Of a stretch of 32,000 bases of DNA, positions 11,240-19,216 are shown one piece after another. The DNA comes from Patescibacteria group bacterium. Lineage in GTDB: Bacteria; Patescibacteriota; Patescibacteriia; 2-01-FULL-39-33. Position 1 is the first letter of the stretch. The number at the start of each line of letters is the position of its first letter. Under the pieces are notes generated by a model. The model saw only the letters and a list, made by a program, of their open reading frames with translations. It searched no databases and was not told the DNA's origin. The DNA lies in the NCBI GenBank assembly GCA_041649575.1, contig JBAZMW010000002.1:180001-212000 (forward strand), written 5' to 3'. A program made the translations under genes and the position numbers.

Positions 11240-12595
11240 ATGAGAAAAAACTACCAATTAGCGGTATTATTTTGTTTTTTGCTTTTTTTGCTTTTACCCT
11301 TTACGGTTGGGGCGGCCGATTTCGATCCCGATTATCTGATTTCTGATACCGAATTGGCCAATCACAATTCTTTGGACCTGTCTGATATTCAAAGATTTTT
11401 GGACAAAAGAAATGGCACGCTCAAGGGTTATGTCACCCTTGATAAAGAAGGCAACCTAAAAACCGCCGTCCAGGCTTTTTTCGAGGTGGCGCAGAAGTGG
11501 CTGATCAACCCCAAATATTTGTTGGTGTTGGTACAAAAAGAGCAAAGCTTACTCGAAGATACCAATCCCTCCCAGGGCCAATATGACCGCGCTACCGGTT
11601 ATGGTTGTCCCGATACCGGCGGTTGCGACGACCGCTGGAAGGGCTTCTATCGCCAGGTAAATTCCGCCGCGGCTCAAACCCGCTATTATCTGGACAATAT
11701 TAATGAGTTTACTTATCAGCCGGGAAAGGCCTATAATATTGACGGGCAGTCTGTCACTCCCAAAAACACCGCCACCGCCGGTTTGTACAATTATACCCCC
11801 CATCTTCACGGCAATCAGAATTTCTGGAACCTTTGGAACCAGTATTTTGGCAAAAAATGGCCTAATGGCGCCCTGTTGCAAGCCGAAGGCGACGCTAGCA
11901 AGGTTTATTTGATTGAAAACGAAGAAAAACGCGAAATTATATCCAAAGCGGTTTTTGCCTCCCGCTTCGACAGTAAAAAAATAATCACTGTCGGCCAGGA
12001 AGATCTGGATTCTTATGACTCTGGCGTGCCCATAAAATACCTCAATTTTTCCCTGCTTAAAAGCAGCCGCGGCGACATTTACATGATCGTTGACGACCAA
12101 AAAAGAAAAATTGCCAGTCAGGAAGTTTTCAAAAAAATCGGTTTTATGGAAGATGAGGTGATTCCGGCGGATGACAGCGAGCTGGGCCTTTATAAAGACG
12201 GTCCCGAGATTACCAGCTATACCCTTTATCCCGCCGGGACGCTTTTGCAAGACAGCCAGACTAAACAAATTTTTTATGTCATCAGCGGCAAGAAGCGGCC
12301 AATAATCAATAAAGAAATCCTGGCTTTTAATTTTAACGGCTTGCCGGTCAAAAAAGTTTCTCCCGTCGAACTGGAATCGTACCGCTCTGGCAATCCCGTC
12401 ACCTTGCCCGATGGTGAACTGGTCAAAATCAAGGGAGCCAATACGGTTTACGTGATTTCCAATGGCAAACGTCTGCCGATTTTCAACGCCAAGATTTTCG
12501 AAAAAATGAATTATAAATGGACTAACGTCAAAACCGTTTCCAAAGAGACCCTGGAAGTTCATGAGCTGGGTCAAACCATCACCGGCGATTGGTAA
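11240..12595 (+). CDS. Secreted hypothetical protein (451 aa) with four C-terminal tandem repeats of about 55 aa
   Basis: Signal peptide MRKNYQLAVLFCFLLFLLLPFTVGAADF. Repeats begin KVYLIENEEKREI, DIYMIVDDQKRKI, QIFYVISGKKRPI and TVYVISNGKRLPI. Confidence 0.8.
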   Translation: MRKNYQLAVLFCFLLFLLLPFTVGAADFDPDYLISDTELANHNSLDLSDIQRFLDKRNGTLKGYVTLDKEGNLKTAVQAFFEVAQKWLINPKYLLVLVQKEQSLLEDTNPSQGQYDRATGYGCPDTGGCDDRWKGFYRQVNSAAAQTRYYLDNINEFTYQPGKAYNIDGQSVTPKNTATAGLYNYTPHLHGNQNFWNLWNQYFGKKWPNGALLQAEGDASKVYLIENEEKREIISKAVFASRFDSKKIITVGQEDLDSYDSGVPIKYLNFSLLKSSRGDIYMIVDDQKRKIASQEVFKKIGFMEDEVIPADDSELGLYKDGPEITSYTLYPAGTLLQDSQTKQIFYVISGKKRPIINKEILAFNFNGLPVKKVSPVELESYRSGNPVTLPDGELVKIKGANTVYVISNGKRLPIFNAKIFEKMNYKWTNVKTVSKETLEVHELGQTITGDW

Positions 12596-12624
12596 AGATT
12601 GCTATCTAAATTAATCAAAAACAT

Positions 12625-13416
12625 ATGTCTCTAGTTTTCGCGGCCATTGTGCCGCATCCGCCAATTCTCATACCCACCATTGGCAAAGAAAATTTGGAAA
12701 AGATACAAAAAACCCAAAAAGCCATGGAGCGTTTGGAGCAAGACCTTTATGCTTCCAAACCAGACATTCTAATCATAATTTCCCCTCATGGCGAAGTTCA
12801 GCATGATTTTTTTACCATCAACTTGTCTAATCAGTACCAAATTAGTTTTAACGACTTCGGCGATTTTGCCACCAAATTAGAAACCGGTGGCGACACTATC
12901 CTTATCTCGGTCAATAAAGAAAAAATCAACAGCCGCTCCCCTATCAATATTATTTCCGAGCCTAACTTGGACCACGGAATTGGCGTCCCTTTTTATTATT
13001 TGGGCCAACACCTCAAGGAAACCAAGCTGATCCCGATTTATTTTTCTTTGCTGGATAATTTGGCTCATTTGGAATTCGGCAAAAATCTGAAAGAGGCCAT
13101 TATGGGCACCGAAAAAAGAGTGGCCGTGGTGGCTTCCGGCGATTTGTCGCACTGCCTGACCGAAAACGCGCCAGCGCCTTTTAGTCCGGCTGGCAAAGAA
13201 TTTGATGAAAAATTAATCGCTTTGCTCAAAAATGGCGATACCCAGGGGGTGATTAATCTGGAACCAAAATTCATCGAAAGCGCCGCCGAATGCGGCCTGC
13301 GTTCGATTTTAATTCTTTTGGGAGTTTTGAATAACATTAGCTTTCAATCGGAAATCTTGAGTTATGAGGCGCCTTTCGGCGTCGGCTACCTGGTGGCGAA
13401 TTTCAAATTGGAATAA
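12625..13416 (+). CDS. LigB/Memo-superfamily protein (class III extradiol dioxygenase-like); possible AmrB-type partner of the radical SAM enzyme
   Basis: N-terminus FAAIVPHPPILIPTIG, then ISPHGEV, DHGIGVP and ASGDLSH motifs typical of the LigB-type fold. Confidence 0.6.
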   Translation: MSLVFAAIVPHPPILIPTIGKENLEKIQKTQKAMERLEQDLYASKPDILIIISPHGEVQHDFFTINLSNQYQISFNDFGDFATKLETGGDTILISVNKEKINSRSPINIISEPNLDHGIGVPFYYLGQHLKETKLIPIYFSLLDNLAHLEFGKNLKEAIMGTEKRVAVVASGDLSHCLTENAPAPFSPAGKEFDEKLIALLKNGDTQGVINLEPKFIESAAECGLRSILILLGVLNNISFQSEILSYEAPFGVGYLVANFKLE

Positions 13417-13430
13417 AGATTAATTTTTTA

Positions 13431-13457
13431 AAACCGCCCTCGTTGGCGGTTTTTTTA
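13431..13457. terminator. Bidirectional intrinsic terminator
   Basis: AAACCGCC-ctcgtt-GGCGGTTT flanked by an A-run and a T-run, lying between convergent genes. Confidence 0.8.
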
Positions 13458-13715
13458 TTTGTCTGCCAGTACTTTAAAAAAATATTTCCACCTCTCTTTT
13501 TGCGCCAGTTCCTTGGTCTCGTTTAAGGCTCTCTCTATTATAATCTGGTTATTTTCTTTGCAAACCTTAAAAACAGAATTCCGCTTAAAAGCCGGCACGC
13601 CCAGCTCCTTGATTATTTTTAGAGCCAGTTCTTGCCATTGGTAAGCGGGCGGCTTTTTTGACTGCCGATTGGTAAAAATATCACTTAATGATTGAAGTCC
13701 TTTATTGTCTTTCAT
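13455..13715 (-). CDS. Hypothetical 86-aa protein
   Basis: ATG at 13715 is preferred over the TTG at 13769 used by the track. No family recognised. Confidence 0.45.
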   Translation of the reverse strand: MKDNKGLQSLSDIFTNRQSKKPPAYQWQELALKIIKELGVPAFKRNSVFKVCKENNQIIIERALNETKELAQKERWKYFFKVLADK

Positions 13716-13803
13716 ACCTAAGGAATTGTAATGGGATTTCTTTAAAAAGTTAAGAGGTGCGAAAATCAAGTAATATTTTGCACCTCGTTTTTATTTAAAA
13801 AAA

Positions 13804-13833
13804 TTGACAAAACTTAGTATAAATTAATATAAT
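13804..13833 (+). promoter_or_regulatory. Sigma70-type promoter TTGACA-N18-TATAAT upstream of def
   Basis: TTGACA at 13804-13809 and TATAAT at 13828-13833. Confidence 0.6.
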
Positions 13834-13854
13834 ATAAAAAACTTAAATAAATTC

Positions 13855-14313
13855 ATGCTTCAAATACTAACCAATCCCAATCCAATTTTGCGCCAAAAAT
13901 CAGTCTTGGTCGCCGATTTTACTAATGAAGAAGTCCAGAAACTGGTGCCGGAAATGGCCGAGACTATGCTCAAAAAAGACGGGCTCGGTCTGGCCGCGCC
14001 ACAAATTGGTAAAAATATCAGATTGATAGTAGTGAGCCATAAGGATGGTGTTTTGGCTCTGTTTAACCCAAAAATTATTAAAAAATCTTGGTTTAAAGAA
14101 TGGGGCGAAGAGGGTTGTTTGTCTCTGCCGGATAAATACGGCGAAGTCAAACGTCATAAGAATATAACTGTAAAATTCGATGATACCACAGGCAAATCAG
14201 AATGTTTGGAAGCCAAGGGTTTATTGGCCAGAGTAATTCAGCATGAAATCGACCACTTGGACGGAGTTTTGTTTATTGATAAAGCTAGAAAAATCGTAAA
14301 TATCGACAAATAA
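13855..14313 (+). CDS. def: Peptide deformylase
   Basis: Three canonical motifs: GLGLAAPQIG, EGCLS and QHEIDHLDG. Confidence 0.95.
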   Translation: MLQILTNPNPILRQKSVLVADFTNEEVQKLVPEMAETMLKKDGLGLAAPQIGKNIRLIVVSHKDGVLALFNPKIIKKSWFKEWGEEGCLSLPDKYGEVKRHKNITVKFDDTTGKSECLEAKGLLARVIQHEIDHLDGVLFIDKARKIVNIDK

Positions 14314-14347
14314 AACACGAAGAACGGGCACCGGTTGGCACCCGTTC
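14311..14347 (-). terminator. Intrinsic terminator for the minus-strand small membrane protein gene
   Basis: GAACGGG (14322-14328) / CCCGTTC (14341-14347). On the minus strand the stem is followed by TTCGTGTTTTA; no T-run follows on the plus strand. Confidence 0.6.
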
Positions 14348-14378
14348 GGTTCCACAGAACAAACTCACGTCGCCTTGA

Positions 14379-14579
14379 TCACGCTGGCTCCAGCAGTCTG
14401 AAGCATATCATCATGCCGATGAAGCAACAGGCCGCCACAACCATTAAGCGCTCGATTCTCCTTTCCCAACCATGCCTCATGTTTTCATAGACGAGTGGGA
14501 TCGCAAAGCCGGAGAATAAGCCAATTAGGCCAAGAACCACCATGACCACTAGCAATGCACCGTGATATGCGGTAAACAT
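14379..14579 (-). CDS. Hypothetical 66-aa two-TM membrane protein; GC-richer cassette gene antisense between def and fmt
   Basis: ATG 14579 with AGGAGGG (14594-14588) 8 nt upstream. Two hydrophobic helices (ALLVVMVVLGLIGLFSGFAIPLV and LMVVAACCFIGMMICF) separated by the charged loop YENMRHGWERRIER. Confidence 0.65.
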   Translation of the reverse strand: MFTAYHGALLVVMVVLGLIGLFSGFAIPLVYENMRHGWERRIERLMVVAACCFIGMMICFRLLEPA

Positions 14580-14621
14580 GTCCAAGACCCTCCTGTGTCT
14601 GTTGAAATTGTGCTTGTCAAA

Positions 14622-14650
14622 AACATACCATTAAAATTTACAAATGTCAA
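14622..14650 (-). promoter_or_regulatory. Sigma70-type promoter TTGACA-N17-TATGTT for the small membrane protein gene; the -35 overlaps the fmt start codon
   Basis: The minus strand reads TTGACA (14650-14645), a 17-nt spacer, then TATGTT (14627-14622). The fmt ATG is at 14644-14646. Confidence 0.5.
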
Positions 14651-15582
14651 AAACAAAAATCATCTTTGCCGGCACGCCGGAATTCGCCGTGCCGTTTTTA
14701 AAAGCTCTGACCGAAGACTCCGATTTTGAAATTATTGGCGTCATTACTCAACCTGATAAGCCTTCCGGCCGAAAACAAGAATTTGTCCCCTCACCTATCA
14801 AACAACTGGCTCTGAAACTTGGTTTAAAAATTTGGCAACCAGGCAGTGTTAAGAATAATCCCGAGTTAGAAAAAGAATTAAAACAAGTTAGTCCGGATTT
14901 ATTAGTAGTAGTCGCCTTCGGTCAAATTATTCCGCAAGAAATTTTGGACTTAGCCAAATTTGGCAATATTAATGTCCACCCCTCTCTTTTACCCAAATAC
15001 CGCGGGGCTTCTCCGGTTCAGAGTGCCATTTTGACCGGCGAAACAAAGACGGGTGTCACTATCATGCTGATGGACCAAAAAATGGATCACGGGCCAATTT
15101 TGAGCCAAAAAACCCTACTCCTTAATAGCGAAGAAACCAATCAATCCCTACACCAGGCCTTGGCAGAGCTGGGGGTGCCGCTTTTACTGACCACCATCAA
15201 AGGCTTTTTGGGGGGTAAAATTAAGCCCCAGGAACAAAATCACGAGTCAGCCACTTTTTGCCAGACCATAACCAAAGACAGTGCCAAAATTGATTGGTCC
15301 AACGCGGCAATTGAGATCAAAAGAAAAATTTATGCTTTTTATCCCTGGCCAGGCGTTTGGGCTATTTGGGGTGGCAAGAGGATCAAGTTTTTTCCGCCAG
15401 CAGAAATCGTCAATGATTCAAAAAAACCGGGTGAAATTTTTTTGTCTGGAGACGGCTTAGCTGTTGGTTGTGGCCAAGGGTCGTTGAAAATTTCCAAGTT
15501 GCAACTGGAAGGCAAAAAAGAAATGACCGCCCAAGAGTTTTTGCGCGGCTATAACAAAGTTGTTGGTGAAATTCTAAAATAA
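14644..15582 (+). CDS. fmt: Methionyl-tRNA formyltransferase
   Basis: IIFAGTPEFAVP, N-terminal formyltransferase domain with NVHPSLLPKYRGASPVQ, and a C-terminal Fmt domain; 312 aa. Confidence 0.95.
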   Translation: MSKTKIIFAGTPEFAVPFLKALTEDSDFEIIGVITQPDKPSGRKQEFVPSPIKQLALKLGLKIWQPGSVKNNPELEKELKQVSPDLLVVVAFGQIIPQEILDLAKFGNINVHPSLLPKYRGASPVQSAILTGETKTGVTIMLMDQKMDHGPILSQKTLLLNSEETNQSLHQALAELGVPLLLTTIKGFLGGKIKPQEQNHESATFCQTITKDSAKIDWSNAAIEIKRKIYAFYPWPGVWAIWGGKRIKFFPPAEIVNDSKKPGEIFLSGDGLAVGCGQGSLKISKLQLEGKKEMTAQEFLRGYNKVVGEILK

Positions 15583-15620
15583 AACTACGGCTTCCGATGA
15601 TTTATAATATACTATCTAAG

Positions 15621-16910
15621 TCAAGCTCGTTTTGTCAATTTATGGCTGATAGGCAGCCCAACCAGCAGGATTAAAATTATATCCAAATAAAATTCTTCGC
15701 GCATCAAATAATTGGTATAAATGCTCATAACCGTCACGAAGCTGAAATAAGCAAAAAGCATAACCGACAAAACAGTCGGTTTTTTGGTCACCCAGTTATA
15801 AATAACAGCCAAAAGCACTCCCCAAAAAATTGCCGCCACGATTATCCCCAGCCAGCCGAAATCTACCCAATAATTGAACAAAAAAGTCGCTGTCACCCAC
15901 CAGGGCAAAAACATTTCTTTCCAAGCAATGGCGCCGTTTAGCTCCGGAGCGCCGAAAATTTTTAAGAACGAATTGAAAGTCGATAAACCGTAACCGCCCC
16001 AGTGCCAATTAGCATAACTGAAATAATCGGTAGCCCTGAAAAACGCTTGCAGATTAAAGGCGGGAATCAAATAAAGCGGAATCAGGAAGTCGAGTTGGGC
16101 GGGCAGATTAAGTTTTGACAGGTCGGCCAAGTAGGTAAAAGCGTTGTAATCGACATCCGCATAATAATCGCGGTAAGTGATAAAATGTCTGAACATCGGT
16201 ATGGCCACAGAGATCACCAAGACCAAAATAAGCACCACCATCGAAGCCACAGCGATTTTGCGCCAATTGATTTTTTTAATCTTTATAATCAGATAACCGA
16301 AATAGCTCATCAGTATCGGTAAAATTATCACCAGGCGCGAGGCATAAAGCGACAAGAGCAAAAAGCCCAACAAAATGTTAATAAAAATTATTATTTTGAC
16401 CACCCGGCTTCTGCGGCCGCTCAAGAGGAAGATAAAAGCCAGAGGAATAATAATTCTGGGCAGTAGCGCGGCATATTCCCAAAGTCCGAAAACTTGTTTG
16501 TTGATAATAAAACGCATTTTGTCGGGAACCGACGAGAGTATCGGCAAAGTGCCAAAACGGCTGAAAATATAAGCGTTAGCCGCCAAACTCAGAATTGTTA
16601 AAATTAGAATCGTTATTAAAAATATTTTACTATTGGTCGTCTCTATTATCTGGCCAGCTTTAATTTTTCGGTTAGCCAACCGGCTGAAAATCACGTAACT
16701 CAAATAAAAAAGTAAAAAAAATAAGGCTAAAATCAGCCAGAATTTGCCGCTCCAGGCCGCTTCATACGGACTAAGCCGCAACTGCGCTACACCAATCGCC
16801 AGGAGCCACAGCGACAAGAGCAATTTGGCCGGGGAAAATTTATTGTTGCCAAAAAAATAGCTCAAACCGACGGCCATGCCCAAGATTATAAAAACAAAAA
16901 ATAGAACCAT
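15621..16910 (-). CDS. Polytopic membrane protein, O-antigen/oligosaccharide repeat-unit polymerase (Wzy)-like
   Basis: At least 10 predicted TM helices over 429 aa, located next to the GT2 genes and the flippase. Assignment rests on context and topology only. Confidence 0.5.
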   Translation of the reverse strand: MVLFFVFIILGMAVGLSYFFGNNKFSPAKLLLSLWLLAIGVAQLRLSPYEAAWSGKFWLILALFFLLFYLSYVIFSRLANRKIKAGQIIETTNSKIFLITILILTILSLAANAYIFSRFGTLPILSSVPDKMRFIINKQVFGLWEYAALLPRIIIPLAFIFLLSGRRSRVVKIIIFINILLGFLLLSLYASRLVIILPILMSYFGYLIIKIKKINWRKIAVASMVVLILVLVISVAIPMFRHFITYRDYYADVDYNAFTYLADLSKLNLPAQLDFLIPLYLIPAFNLQAFFRATDYFSYANWHWGGYGLSTFNSFLKIFGAPELNGAIAWKEMFLPWWVTATFLFNYWVDFGWLGIIVAAIFWGVLLAVIYNWVTKKPTVLSVMLFAYFSFVTVMSIYTNYLMREEFYLDIILILLVGLPISHKLTKRA

Positions 16911-16913
16911 AAA

Positions 16914-17687
16914 TCAATTTTTAAAACCATATTTTTTAAAATACAACCAAGCGCTTTTGAAAAACTGCCATTGCTTGTTTATCACGCCTTGCTGAGAAAA
17001 ACTCTGGCCGCCATGATGAATTATTTGCGCCTGGGGCGTGTAGAAAACCTGATAGCCTTTTTGTCTGGCCCGGCGGCAAAAATCAACTTCCTCAAACCAG
17101 ATAAAAAATCTTTCATCGAGCGGGCCAATCTCGCCGATAACCCTCTTGGGCAGCAGCATAAAAGCGCCCATTACCTGATCGACCGTCTGTTCTTTCTGAT
17201 AATCAAAATCCTTAGCCAGATAGCGGTTGACTGATTTAAAACTAAAAAACTTTGGCAGTTTTAGAAACAGCAGCAGTATCGGCCAAAGTCGCGGAAATCG
17301 CCGTACCGATGGCTGGACGCTTTTGTCGGAATTTAATAACTGGCAGCCCAAAATTCCTATCCGGGGATTATCTTTTATGATTGCCAAACATTTTTCTAAA
17401 CTTCCAGACAAAACTTCCGTATCGGGATTTAGCAGTAGAATAAATTCGCCCTGGGCTTCTTTCAGGGCTAGGTTGTTGGCCTTGGCAAAACCCAAGTTTT
17501 GTTTATTGGCTATCAGTTTCACCTCAGGGAATTTTTGCCTGACCGTTTCCACTGTGCCGTCTGAAGAAGCATTGTCTACTAATACGATTTCCCAACTCAA
17601 GCCAGCGCTGTTTTTGCTGATAGTTGTCAGGCATTTATTTAATAATTCTTTGACATTCCAGGAAACTATGACAATTGATAAATCCAT
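16914..17687 (-). CDS. Glycosyltransferase family 2
   Basis: LSIVIVSWNVKELLNKCL, VDNASSDGT and LLNPD (DxD-type region). Confidence 0.85.
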   Translation of the reverse strand: MDLSIVIVSWNVKELLNKCLTTISKNSAGLSWEIVLVDNASSDGTVETVRQKFPEVKLIANKQNLGFAKANNLALKEAQGEFILLLNPDTEVLSGSLEKCLAIIKDNPRIGILGCQLLNSDKSVQPSVRRFPRLWPILLLFLKLPKFFSFKSVNRYLAKDFDYQKEQTVDQVMGAFMLLPKRVIGEIGPLDERFFIWFEEVDFCRRARQKGYQVFYTPQAQIIHHGGQSFSQQGVINKQWQFFKSAWLYFKKYGFKN

Positions 17688-17688
17688 A

Positions 17689-18372
17689 CTAAGTTAGTTG
17701 GTGTTTTTTTTGTATTAATTCTTTGGCTTTCAGATATTTTTCTTTATTTTTTGTTTTTACCGGCAACTGATAAATAAAACTGGGCAGCCAGTGGCTCATG
17801 GTGCCGCCGGTTTTAATTGTAAACAAAACCTCATCCAGCCAAATTCCCCGTCCGCCTCGCTCGCTGATGGTTAAAAACAAATCCCAGTCCTGAAATTTTT
17901 TTAAACTCTCGTCCCAACCAGGAAAAAACTTTCTTCTAATCAGCGAGGTGGAATGAATATAAGGAAGCTGTTTTAACTTTTCGGAGTCAAACGGCCAAAG
18001 TCTGAACTTCTTCCAGCCGAATTTAAACGAAGAATAAGCAAAAGCCGCTGACTCATCGTTTTCCAAAGCCGTCAGCATCTTTTCTAGGGCCGAGAGTTTC
18101 AGAATGATATCGGCATCGCAAAAAAACAAATACTGGCCGCCGCTTTCTTTAAAGCCGGCGTTTCTGGCCGCCGCCGCGCCTTTGTTTTCCTGGCGGATTA
18201 ATCTGATCCCCTCTTGCCAGGGAGCTACGGCCGTAGCGATAGCCTCTTTTGATCCATCGTCGACAATGATCAGCTCGAAATCCCTAAAAGTCTGGCTAAA
18301 AAGACTAACCAAACACTTCTGGAGCGACTTGGCCTGGTTGTAAACAGGTATAATGATGCTAATTTTTGGCAT
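17689..18372 (-). CDS. Glycosyltransferase family 2
   Basis: ISIIIPVYNQAKSLQKCL, LIIVDDGS and FFCDADI. Confidence 0.85.
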   Translation of the reverse strand: MPKISIIIPVYNQAKSLQKCLVSLFSQTFRDFELIIVDDGSKEAIATAVAPWQEGIRLIRQENKGAAAARNAGFKESGGQYLFFCDADIILKLSALEKMLTALENDESAAFAYSSFKFGWKKFRLWPFDSEKLKQLPYIHSTSLIRRKFFPGWDESLKKFQDWDLFLTISERGGRGIWLDEVLFTIKTGGTMSHWLPSFIYQLPVKTKNKEKYLKAKELIQKKHQLT

Positions 18373-19216
18373 TCTGTTTGTATTTTAAATAACCCCGGAC
18401 AGCGCCCATAAAATGATACCAGCCTCCCAGCTTGGCTATCATTTTGACCTTAAGTCTGTCTGATAAAGACGGCTTTTGGAATGGAGTAAAACTATTTAAA
18501 CTGTCACCGCTCTTGATTTTTTGATAGTTAAAAATTAAATCGCCAAAGTTTTTTATCTCTTTGATTTTTAAATAAGCTGTTTTTTCGCCGAATTTCCTTT
18601 GTTTGTCAAGATAATTTTTTATACTACTGGCGTAATCATGATAAATTATTACATCGGGATAATACCTTATTTTGTATTCTTTTCGACAACGGCCAATAAA
18701 TTCCCGGCCCTCATGGCCATAATCAAGATTGGCGTCGAACAAGCCTACTTTAGCAAAAACTTCGCGCTTAATGGCGCAATTACCCTCGAGCAGCACTGGC
18801 GATTCAGTCGGCTGGTCTCCCTGATAATAATGAGGCGCAAAGTATTGCCAAAGATTATTATTTAACGGTTTGACTCGGCCGGTAATTATCGCTTCGTGGA
18901 GCATAATTTCGCTGATGTTTTTTAGCCAGTTTTTGTCGGCCAAGGCGTCGTCGTCAAAAAAAACAATTATTTCTCCGCCAGAATTTTTAACGCCACTGTT
19001 TCTGGCCTGCGACACGCCGCCGTGTTCTTCCTTTAAATATTTCAAACTCAACCTATCTTTAAACTGCTTGGCTGTTTTTTCCGTGTCATCAATACTGCCG
19101 TCATCGACAACTATCACCTCGAATTTCTCCTTGGCAAAATCCTGCTCTACCAAGCTTGCCAGAGCCTTGGATAAATAGTTGGCCCGATTATAAGTTGGAA
19201 TCACTACTGACAGCAT
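18359..19216 (-). CDS. Glycosyltransferase family 2
   Basis: LSVVIPTYNRANYL, VIVVDDGSIDDT and VFFDDDA. Overlaps both neighbouring genes by 14 and 29 nt. Confidence 0.85.
   Translation of the reverse strand: MLSVVIPTYNRANYLSKALASLVEQDFAKEKFEVIVVDDGSIDDTEKTAKQFKDRLSLKYLKEEHGGVSQARNSGVKNSGGEIIVFFDDDALADKNWLKNISEIMLHEAIITGRVKPLNNNLWQYFAPHYYQGDQPTESPVLLEGNCAIKREVFAKVGLFDANLDYGHEGREFIGRCRKEYKIRYYPDVIIYHDYASSIKNYLDKQRKFGEKTAYLKIKEIKNFGDLIFNYQKIKSGDSLNSFTPFQKPSLSDRLKVKMIAKLGGWYHFMGAVRGYLKYKQNAKN

Noticed and set aside
11549-12574. 341-aa minus-strand ORF antisense to the 451-aa secreted protein gene
   Set aside because: It lies entirely within a plus-strand gene that has a signal peptide and internal repeats. 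The antisense translation is low-complexity (G/I/F-rich) with no start context.
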